Of a stretch of DNA of 64,000 nucleotides, positions 19,612-26,931 are shown in pieces. The stretch comes from Acidobacteriota bacterium (GTDB taxonomy: Bacteria > Acidobacteriota > Vicinamibacteria > Vicinamibacterales > 2-12-FULL-66-21), in contig JANMWI010000060.1 in the NCBI GenBank assembly GCA_031393955.1, positions 2,694 through 66,693 on the forward strand. Direction: 5' to 3'. Each line of letters opens with the position of its first letter. Position 1 is the stretch's first letter. The position numbers and the translations under genes were made by a program. A model generated the notes under the pieces. That model was not told where the DNA came from. It did not search any database and worked only from the letters and a program-made list of their open reading frames with translations.

Positions 19612-20762
19612 TGCGCGTCCTTGTCGTGGAGGCCGCCGATGATCAGCCAGCCACGGTCGTCAACCGTCGCCGGCGCGCAGACGGCGGCTGCCCGCCGCAC
19701 CATCCGGACCGTCAGCGCGACGACCTCCTCGATCGTGTCCGGCGAGGCGCGCAGAGCCGCCGGCGTCATGGCCGGGGCGGCGGCCTCGGCCGCCAGCCCG
19801 GTGAGCGTGGCATCGGCGCGGCCGGTTGTGGCGGCGCAGCCCTTGACGCGGGCGCTGGCGTACGAGAGCCCGGCGATCGCGCGCGCCCGGCGGTCGCTGC
19901 CGGCGAGGCGCGGCCGCAGCGGGTCGCCGCCGATGACACGCTCGGCGACGCCGCGGACCTCGGCGACATCCGGGTCGTCCGGGGCGCGGCCCGCGTAGCG
20001 CACGGCCCGCGGATAGTCGCCGATATTGAACGACGCCCGGGCGGCGCCGGCCAGCGCCGCCGCGTTGCGCGGGTCGCGCGCGAGCGTCCGCTCGAAGTGA
20101 TCGAGCGCGAGCTGCGCATCACCCGCCCGGAGGAACAGCCGGGCGACTTTGGTCTCGGTCGCCGGGTCCTCGGGAAGATTGGCGCTGAGCACCAGCAGCT
20201 CGGACACCGCGCGTTTGCTGTTGCCGTGGTCCAGCAGGTAGTTGATCAGCTCGAACCGTGCCTGGCGCCGGGCGGCGGCGTCCTCGATCCGCCAGGATCC
20301 ATAGAGTGCGTTGTGGTAGTACTTTTCCGCCGCGGTGGTGTCGCCGCGCTGCGCTTCGATGCGCGCCAGCTGGAGATTGACGGCGGGATCTTCGGGGGCG
20401 CGCTCGCGGACGCCGAGCAGCACCTGGCGGGCCGCCTCCTCCTTGTGATCGGCGGCGAGCGCGGCGGCGAGCGCGAGGCGGTAGGCCGGGTTGTCCCCCT
20501 CCATGCCGCTGGCCCGCTGAAAGGCCCGGACCGCCCCGTCGGCGCGGCCGGCGCCGGTGGCCTCCTGACCGCGCGCGAACCAGGTCGCCGCATCCTGGCG
20601 GCGAAGCTCACGGTTGGCGGCGGCGGCGGCCCGGGTCAGGATGAATGCCGCGGTCGTCGCGAGGCTGAGGAGCAGCAGCACGACGATCTCTTTCTGCACG
20701 AACGTCCGCTCGGGCACGGCGCGGGCGGCCGCGCCGACGTTCGGGTCCGGTTCGTCACTCAT
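19608..20762 (-). CDS. Membrane-anchored tetratricopeptide repeat protein
   Basis: One N-terminal TM segment and several TPR-like helical repeats; stop overlaps the ClC start (GTGA). Confidence 0.8.
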   Translation of the reverse strand: MSDEPDPNVGAAARAVPERTFVQKEIVVLLLLSLATTAAFILTRAAAAANRELRRQDAATWFARGQEATGAGRADGAVRAFQRASGMEGDNPAYRLALAAALAADHKEEAARQVLLGVRERAPEDPAVNLQLARIEAQRGDTTAAEKYYHNALYGSWRIEDAAARRQARFELINYLLDHGNSKRAVSELLVLSANLPEDPATETKVARLFLRAGDAQLALDHFERTLARDPRNAAALAGAARASFNIGDYPRAVRYAGRAPDDPDVAEVRGVAERVIGGDPLRPRLAGSDRRARAIAGLSYASARVKGCAATTGRADATLTGLAAEAAAPAMTPAALRASPDTIEEVVALTVRMVRRAAAVCAPATVDDRGWLIIGGLHDKDAQ

Positions 20763-20840
20763 TGATGCTCAAAACATCGATCATACTGCCTCGGCCGACG
20801 GCGCCTCAACCTCTGCGGGCGCGCCAGCGGCGCGTGGCGC

Positions 20841-21281
20841 CTATTCGAGCGCGTCGCAGACCGTGGTCAGGACCCGCCGGGCGACGGCGCGGTCGCGCAG
20901 CGACACCCCGCGCAGCGCGGTTCGCACGCTGGCCTCGACCGTGCCCCGGGTGATGCCGTTCAGCCGGCGGCCGCGCGCCGTCAGCCGCAGAACGGCGCGG
21001 CGGCGATCGGCGGCGTGCGCGGAGCGGACGATCAGGTCCTGCGCCGCCAGCCGGCGCAGCACGCCGGTCAGCGTGCTCGGGTGAACGTGGAGAATGGCCG
21101 CGATCTCCCCCGCCGACGCGCCCGGATAGAGCCCGACGATGCGCAGGACGAGACGCTGCATGCCGGTGACGCCGAGCCGCGCCCCCATCCGCTTGGAAGC
21201 CTTCTGGAGGGCGTGCTCGAGCGCCCACAGCATTCCCATGAACTGCAGGACGTCAGGAAGAGGGGGGGAAACCGTGGGCAT
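20841..21281 (-). CDS. MarR family transcriptional regulator
   Basis: GVTGMQRLVL, STLTGVLRRL and DRRRAVLRLT.RG winged-helix motifs. Confidence 0.9.
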   Translation of the reverse strand: MPTVSPPLPDVLQFMGMLWALEHALQKASKRMGARLGVTGMQRLVLRIVGLYPGASAGEIAAILHVHPSTLTGVLRRLAAQDLIVRSAHAADRRRAVLRLTARGRRLNGITRGTVEASVRTALRGVSLRDRAVARRVLTTVCDALE

Positions 21282-21360
21282 ATCTGCTGATAATAGCGTC
21301 GGTGCCGCCGCGCGGCGCGCAGATTTATGCGTGTCCAGACCATCCGACGCCGGCAGCCGC

Positions 21361-21564
21361 CCGGGGCGTGGTCTGTCACATGATCGACTTTATGACCGCC
21401 AGTTGATGTCGCTCTACCTGAACGTCGCAGAGGTCTCGAAGCGCTTGAAGTCCGAATAGGTCGCGACGGCCGTGACCACCGACGAGGGCAACGCCCGGTA
21501 GTCAGCTGAGCAGCGGCAGACGCTGGAGCTGGTCGGAGCCGTCGCGCGAGAGATCCGGGGCTGA
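21361..21564 (+). pseudogene. Probable decayed gene fragment with two in-frame TAG codons
   Basis: Reads ...LSHDRLYDRQLMSLYLNVAEVSKRLKSE*VATAVTTDEGNAR*SAEQRQTLELVGAVAREIRG* with coding-like codons on both sides of the stops. Confidence 0.35.
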
Positions 21565-21776
21565 GGGCCTGCCGACGCCGGATGTCGGCACCACTACGTC
21601 CGTTCGGGGCGATCGCGCTGGCCGGCCGTCGCTCCAGTGAGTGCACAGGTCCCGCGCCAGCGCTCCGCTTTGACCATGCGGACACGATAAGACCGTGCGG
21701 CCTGAGAAGTCGTGAGGGTGGACTGATGAAGGATGAAAATTGCGGCAGGGTCGGGTGACGGAGAGGAGGCCCTTCA

Positions 21777-21795
21777 CAGCTGTCAGCTGTCAGCT
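21777..21795. repeat. Short heptamer tandem repeat (CAGCTGT x about 2.7)
   Basis: cagctgt-cagctgt-cagct directly visible. Confidence 0.6.
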
Positions 21796-21819
21796 CCGCG
21801 TACGCAGTAGGATGTCGCC

Positions 21820-23349
21820 ATGATTCGTATGACCATCGGAGCGATCGCTATCGCCGGCCTGGCACTCGCCATGGCGGACGCGCCGCAGACGCCAGTCAAG
21901 ACCGCGCCGGGGCTCGTGTCGGGGACCGCCGGACGCAACTCCGCGATTGCCGTGTTCAAGGGCATCCCGTTCGCCGCGCCGCCGGTGGGGCCGTTGCGGT
22001 GGCGCGCGCCCGCGGCGCCGGCCGCGTGGACCGGCGTGCGGAAGGCCGACGCGTTCTCCCCGAGCTGCATCCAGACGATCGTTACGGAGAAGAAGCCCTG
22101 GACGTACGAGTTCATGGCGCACGGCGAGGTCAGCGAGGACTGCCTCTACCTGAACGTCTGGACGCCATCGCCGTCGGGACGCCGGCCGGTGTTCGTCTAC
22201 ATCTACGGCGGCGCGAACGTCGAAGGCTCCGGCTCAATCCCAAGCTACGACGGCGAGGGGCTGGCCTCGAAGGGCCTCGTCGTCGTGACATTCAATTACC
22301 GCGTTGGCGTGCTGGGGTTCCTGTCCCACCCGGAACTCACCGCGGAGGCTTCGTACCACGCCTCCGGCAACTACGGGCTGCTCGATCAGATCGCCGCCCT
22401 GCGCTGGGTACACGCCAATGTCGCGGCGTTCGGCGGCGACCCGGATCGCGTCACGGTCGCGGGGCAATCTGCCGGGGCGAGCGCCGTCCACAGCCTGACG
22501 GCGTCGCCGCTGGCGAAGGGACTGTTCCAACGCGCGATTGCGGACAGCGGGACTGGCGTCACCGGCGCACGGACGATGGCGGATCAGGAGGCGGACGGGG
22601 TCCGCTTCGCGGCGGCGAAGAAGGCTGACGGGATCGCGGCGCTGCGGGCGATGCCGTGGCAGGAGGCCGTCGCGCCCGTTCAAGGTCCGCGCTTCGGGCC
22701 GGTGCCGGATGGATACGCGCTGCCGGCAGCTGTCCGCGACGTGTTTGCTGCGGGCAGGCAGAATGATGTTCCGACGCTGACCGGCGTCAATGCCGACGAG
22801 GGTGGCGCGGCGCCGCATCCGACGGCGACGCTCGAATCGTTTCAGCGCGACGCGCGGCAGCGCTACGGCGCGGCGGCCGAGGAGTTCCTCGCCCTTTATC
22901 CGGCGGCGACAGACGAGGATGCCAGGCGCGCGCAGAACGACAGCGCCCGCGACCGCGCCCGCGCGACGCTCTATCTCTGGGCGCTGGACCGCGCGAAAAC
23001 CGCGAGGACCGACGCGTTCACCTACTTCTGGACCCACACCCTGCCGGGCCCGGATGCCGAACAGTACGGCGCGTTCCACACCTCAGAGGTGCCCTACGTC
23101 CTGAACACCCTGTCGATGTCGAGCCGCCCGTTCACCGCCACCGATCGCGATATTGCCGACACGCTGTCGTCGTACTGGGCCAACTTCGCCGCGACCGGCA
23201 ATCCCAACGGGAAGGGCCTGCCGGAGTGGCCGGCCGTCACGAAGGATCTGCCGCAGACGATGGAGGTCGGGGACCATTTCGGTCCTATGCCGATTGCCGC
23301 GACAGCGGCGCGGACCGCGTTCCATCTGCGCGTCCTGCCCGGGAGGTAA
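21820..23349 (+). CDS. Secreted type-B carboxylesterase
   Basis: Signal peptide; FKGIPFAAPP, SEDCLYLN, GQSAG nucleophile, DEG and AFHTSE. Confidence 0.92.
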   Translation: MIRMTIGAIAIAGLALAMADAPQTPVKTAPGLVSGTAGRNSAIAVFKGIPFAAPPVGPLRWRAPAAPAAWTGVRKADAFSPSCIQTIVTEKKPWTYEFMAHGEVSEDCLYLNVWTPSPSGRRPVFVYIYGGANVEGSGSIPSYDGEGLASKGLVVVTFNYRVGVLGFLSHPELTAEASYHASGNYGLLDQIAALRWVHANVAAFGGDPDRVTVAGQSAGASAVHSLTASPLAKGLFQRAIADSGTGVTGARTMADQEADGVRFAAAKKADGIAALRAMPWQEAVAPVQGPRFGPVPDGYALPAAVRDVFAAGRQNDVPTLTGVNADEGGAAPHPTATLESFQRDARQRYGAAAEEFLALYPAATDEDARRAQNDSARDRARATLYLWALDRAKTARTDAFTYFWTHTLPGPDAEQYGAFHTSEVPYVLNTLSMSSRPFTATDRDIADTLSSYWANFAATGNPNGKGLPEWPAVTKDLPQTMEVGDHFGPMPIAATAARTAFHLRVLPGR

Positions 23350-23388
23350 GGGGGAGGGTGTGCGTGGCGTTGGTAGCGCGCAAACGAC

Positions 23389-23426
23389 AAATGGGCCTGT
23401 TCGATTCCTCAAACAGGCCCATTTTT
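23389..23426. terminator. Intrinsic (probably bidirectional) terminator
   Basis: AAATGGGCCTGTT-N10-AACAGGCCCATTT perfect stem with A/T tails, between the esterase and the tRNA 3' end. Confidence 0.8.
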
Positions 23427-23428
23427 AT

Positions 23429-23505
23429 TGGTCGGGATGACTGGATTCGAACCAGCGACCCCCTGACCCCCAGTCAGGTGCGCTACCAGGCTGCGCCACA
23501 TCCCG
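23429..23505 (-). tRNA. tRNA-Pro(GGG)
   Basis: CGGGATGTGGCGCAGCCTGGTAGCGCACCTGACTGGGGGTCAGGGGGTCGCTGGTTCGAATCCAGTCATCCCGACCA: 77 nt cloverleaf, GGG anticodon, GTTCGAATC T-loop, encoded CCA. Confidence 0.97.
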
Positions 23506-23512
23506 AAACGAA

Positions 23513-23977
23513 CTACCGCTTCTTCTTCGCCGCCCGCTTCGGCGCTTTCGCCTCCAGCGCGAACAGGTTGTCCGCGGTGGACGGCTCCTGCGGATTGCGC
23601 GCGAGGAGCGCCGCGATCTCGTGCAGGCCGCGCTTGACCTGCAGGATCCGCTCGCGCGCGTCGCTGCCGACCAGCCGGTCCAGATCCTCGAGGCCGCTGT
23701 CCGAGGCCGGCTCGGGCGGCCGCTCCCCCAGCAGCTTGCGGCGGGCGCCTGCCAGCGTCAGCCCTTCGACAAACAGCAGGTGCTTGATCCGCAGCACGAA
23801 CTCGACGTCCGCCCGCCGGTAGACCCGCGCGCCCCCCTCGGTCTTCGCGACACCAAGGTCCGGGAACTCCGCCTCCCAGGACCGCAGTACGTACGACTGG
23901 ACCTGGGCAATCTCGCACACCTCAGGCTGACGGAACAGCGATCGATTCGGAATCTCGACGGTTGTCACACCGGTCAT
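23513..23977 (-). CDS. MerR family HTH transcriptional regulator
   Basis: EVCEIAQVQSYVLRSWEAEFP...RVYRR...LLFVEGLTLAGAR; position just upstream of tRNA-Pro(GGG) is the usual one for this subfamily. Confidence 0.88.
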   Translation of the reverse strand: MTGVTTVEIPNRSLFRQPEVCEIAQVQSYVLRSWEAEFPDLGVAKTEGGARVYRRADVEFVLRIKHLLFVEGLTLAGARRKLLGERPPEPASDSGLEDLDRLVGSDARERILQVKRGLHEIAALLARNPQEPSTADNLFALEAKAPKRAAKKKR

Positions 23978-24058
23978 CGGGGCGTGGCGGCAGTATATCA
24001 GAGACCTTCGCGCGACGGGACGGAGGATGGGCCGGCGGCCGAGCTCAACGGCCCCTCC

Positions 24059-25405
24059 CTACCGCTCGCGGCGCCTGACCTGCAGCCGGATCGGCGTCCC
24101 GACCAGGCCGAACGTCTCGCGCAGGCGGTTGACGAGGTACCGCTCGTAGGAGAAATGGAACTCGGTCGCGACGTTCGTGAACAGCACGAAGGTCGGCGGC
24201 GCGGTCCCCTTCTGCGTCGCATAGAGGATCCGCACCTGCCGCCGGCCCGGGCTGGCCGGCGGGTGAGTCGCCGTCACCGTCTGGATGAAGCGGTTCAGCT
24301 CTCCGGTCGGGATCCGCTTGGACCGTGCCGCTGCCACCATGTCGATCGCCTCGAGCACCTTCAGTGTCCGCTCGCCGGTCGCCGCCGAGATGTGCAGGAT
24401 CGGCGCGTACTCGAGGAACTTCATCTGCTGCCGCAGCTTGTCGTCGAACTCCTTGGAGAAGTCGGTCCCCCGCCCCTTCATCAGATCCCACTTGTTCGCC
24501 GCGACGATGATGCCGCAGCCGGCCTTCTCGGCCTCGCCGGCAATCGTCGCGTCCTGGTCGGTCGCCCCCTCGGCCGAGTCGATCAGCAGGACCGCGACAT
24601 CCGCCTGGCCGATCGCCCGGCGCGACAGGATCACGCTTAGCGACTCGAGCTGGCCGCTTCGCGCCACCCGCCCGGCGCGGCGGATGCCCGCGGTATCGAC
24701 GATCCGGAACGTCCGGTGGCGCCACGTCAGCACCGCGTCGACGGTGTCGCGGGTGGTGCCCGGTCGCTCGCTGACGATCGATCGCTCTTCCTTCAGTAAC
24801 CGGTTGAGCAGCGACGACTTCCCGACGTTCGGCCGGCCGACGATCGCGACCGCGGTCTCCTCCGGCGCATCGGGCTCCGCCCCGGCCTTCTTCGGCAGGC
24901 GCTCGATGATCTCGTCGAGCAGATCGCCGACGCCTTCACCGTGCTCGGCCGCAAGCTCGACCACAGGCTCGAATCCCAGCTGGTAGAACTCGACCGCCCG
25001 CCCGCGCGCCCGCTTGTCGTCGGTCTTGTTGACCGCCATCAGCACCGGCACCTTGACGCTGCGCAGCCGCGAGGCAATCTCGTGGTCCCCGGGCACCAGC
25101 CCCTCACGGCCATCCACCACGAACACCACGAGATCGGCGGTTTCGAGCGCCCGGCGGCCGGCAATCACCACCAGTTCATGGAGCGGGTCCTCGTTGGCGC
25201 CGAACATCCCCCCGGTATCCACCAGGTTGAAGGTCACTCCCTGCCATTCGCCCTGCTGGGAGATGACGTCACGGGTGGTGCCTGGGATGGCCGTCACGAT
25301 CGACCGCCGCGAATTGGTGATGCGGTTGAACAGGGTGGACTTGCCCACGTTGGGCCGTCCCACCAGCACGACCTTTGGACCGTGCACACTCGGTTTCGGA
25401 GGCAT
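24059..25405 (-). CDS. der: Ribosome biogenesis GTPase Der (EngA)
   Basis: Two GTPase domains (GRPNVGKS x2, DTGG/DTAG, NKTD/NKWD) and a KH-like C-terminus. Confidence 0.97.
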   Translation of the reverse strand: MPPKPSVHGPKVVLVGRPNVGKSTLFNRITNSRRSIVTAIPGTTRDVISQQGEWQGVTFNLVDTGGMFGANEDPLHELVVIAGRRALETADLVVFVVDGREGLVPGDHEIASRLRSVKVPVLMAVNKTDDKRARGRAVEFYQLGFEPVVELAAEHGEGVGDLLDEIIERLPKKAGAEPDAPEETAVAIVGRPNVGKSSLLNRLLKEERSIVSERPGTTRDTVDAVLTWRHRTFRIVDTAGIRRAGRVARSGQLESLSVILSRRAIGQADVAVLLIDSAEGATDQDATIAGEAEKAGCGIIVAANKWDLMKGRGTDFSKEFDDKLRQQMKFLEYAPILHISAATGERTLKVLEAIDMVAAARSKRIPTGELNRFIQTVTATHPPASPGRRQVRILYATQKGTAPPTFVLFTNVATEFHFSYERYLVNRLRETFGLVGTPIRLQVRRRER

Positions 25406-25429
25406 CGAGATCTCTATTTACGACCAGGC

Positions 25430-25458
25430 TTGACAGCGTAAGTGCCGATATTTATAGT
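25430..25458 (+). promoter_or_regulatory. Near-consensus sigma70 promoter of the HU gene
   Basis: TTGACA-N17-TATAGT followed by a GAGGAG SD. Confidence 0.8.
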
Positions 25459-25486
25459 AGTTACAAATCCCGAGGAGCGCCTAAGC

Positions 25487-25759
25487 ATGATCAAGGTTGA
25501 CATCGTCAACGAGGTGTCCAAAATCGCCGATATCACCAAGGTCAAGGCCGAGGTGGCTGTGGACGCCGTGTTCGACGCGATGCGCCTCTCGATGCAGCGC
25601 GGCGAGCGCATCGAGCTCCGCGGCTTCGGCGTCTTCCAGGTGAAGCCGCGCAAGCGCGGCATCGGCCGCAATCCCCGCACCGGCAAGGAAGTGCGCATTC
25701 CGCCCGGGCGCACCATCCGCTTCAAGCCCGGCAAGGACCTCCAGAACATCGGAGGCTGA
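25487..25759 (+). CDS. HU/IHF family DNA-binding protein
   Basis: IELRGFGVF, GRNPRTG and FKPGK motifs; 90 aa. Confidence 0.95.
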   Translation: MIKVDIVNEVSKIADITKVKAEVAVDAVFDAMRLSMQRGERIELRGFGVFQVKPRKRGIGRNPRTGKEVRIPPGRTIRFKPGKDLQNIGG

Positions 25760-26749
25760 TTGTCGTATCCCGCTGACGACGCCGGGGATCCGGCGACAGC
25801 CTACCCGCTCGAGCCGTTCGAGGCCTCATTTGCGCCCCTGCGCCACCGCCGCAAGTTCGAGGGGCGGCTCTGGCGGCACATCCTGCTGTTCCTGCTGACT
25901 CTCCTGACGACGACGGCCGCCGGAGCGCTCCACTACGCCAGCTTCCTGTCCGAGTTCTCCCACCGGCAGGTGGGACTGTCCTGGGGCCTCCTGCTGCACG
26001 GCTTCTGGTACAGCGGCACGCTGCTCGCGATTCTCGGCGCCCACGAGATGGGACACTACCTGCTCTGTCGACGATACAACGTCGACGCGAGCCTTCCCTA
26101 CTTCATTCCGATGCCGCCCGGAATTTTCCTGACCGGCACTCTCGGTGCCGTGATCCGCATCCGTGAGGCGTTTCCGACCCGCCGGGTGCTGTTCGACATC
26201 GGCGTCGCCGGCCCGATCGCCGGCTTCGTCGTGCTCGTCCCGGCGCTCTTCATCGGCATGACGCTGTCGAACATCGTCGCGGCCCCGACCGAGGGCAGCG
26301 TCCTCTTCCTCGGCGAGCCGCTGCTCTTCAAGATCGCGACCTACGCGGTATTCGGCGCGGTGCCGGACGCCTCGACCGTGAACATTCATCCGATGGTCTT
26401 TGCCGCGTGGTTCGGCATGCTCGCCACGGCGCTCAACCTGCTGCCGTTCGGCCAGCTCGACGGCGGGCACATCACCTACGCGACGCTCGGCCGCTGGTCG
26501 ACGCCGATTTCGCTCGCCACCGTCGGGACCGCCGTCGCGATGACCTTCGTGTCGATCAGCTGGCTGGTGATGACGACGATGATGGTGGTAATGCTGTTCA
26601 TGTTCGGGCCGCGCCACCCGCGCGTCATCTATGAGGACGAGCCGCTCGACCGCGGCCGGATCATCATTGCGATCGTCGCGCTCGTCATGTTCATCCTCTG
26701 CTTCACGCCCGTGCCGATCCAGCTGCAGGACCTGGTCGGCAGCCGCTAG
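25760..26749 (+). CDS. Site-2 protease (M50 family intramembrane metalloprotease)
   Basis: HEMGH, AGP and NLLPFGQLDGG motifs. Confidence 0.92.
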   Translation: MSYPADDAGDPATAYPLEPFEASFAPLRHRRKFEGRLWRHILLFLLTLLTTTAAGALHYASFLSEFSHRQVGLSWGLLLHGFWYSGTLLAILGAHEMGHYLLCRRYNVDASLPYFIPMPPGIFLTGTLGAVIRIREAFPTRRVLFDIGVAGPIAGFVVLVPALFIGMTLSNIVAAPTEGSVLFLGEPLLFKIATYAVFGAVPDASTVNIHPMVFAAWFGMLATALNLLPFGQLDGGHITYATLGRWSTPISLATVGTAVAMTFVSISWLVMTTMMVVMLFMFGPRHPRVIYEDEPLDRGRIIIAIVALVMFILCFTPVPIQLQDLVGSR

Positions 26750-26921
26750 CCGCCTCTCCGGTCGATTTGTATAGCGCCGCTCGCGGGTGGCCGCGAACGG
26801 GGCGCCCCGGTTGGCGCGCAGGCGACTCCCGTGGCGAGCGCATTGTGCCGAGCACCAACTGGGGCTGTTCGCGGACAGGACCCGCCCTGGCGATTTCCAT
26901 TGCCCCGGCAGGCTCCTCTAA
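26747..26921. repeat. Large imperfect palindromic element (MITE/REP-like or structured RNA)
   Basis: GCGGGT..CCGCGAACGG..CCCCGGTTGG pairs with CCAACTGGGGCTGTTCGCGG..ACCCGC; weaker inverted similarity extends to the TAG/CTA ends. Confidence 0.45.
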
Positions 26922-26931
26922 ACCAATCGCC

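Noticed and set aside
21457-21501. Amber recoding (pyrrolysine or alternative genetic code)
   Set aside because: TAG terminates several intact genes here (e.g. 855, 17825, 26749) and no pyl genes are seen; decay is the simpler explanation.
9095-23505. Integrative element at tRNA-Pro
   Set aside because: The content is accessory-like, but I found no integrase, transposase or duplicated tRNA 3' end in the window.
23409-23918. 169-aa ORF across tRNA-Pro
   Set aside because: It is an alternative frame of merR plus the translated tRNA sequence.
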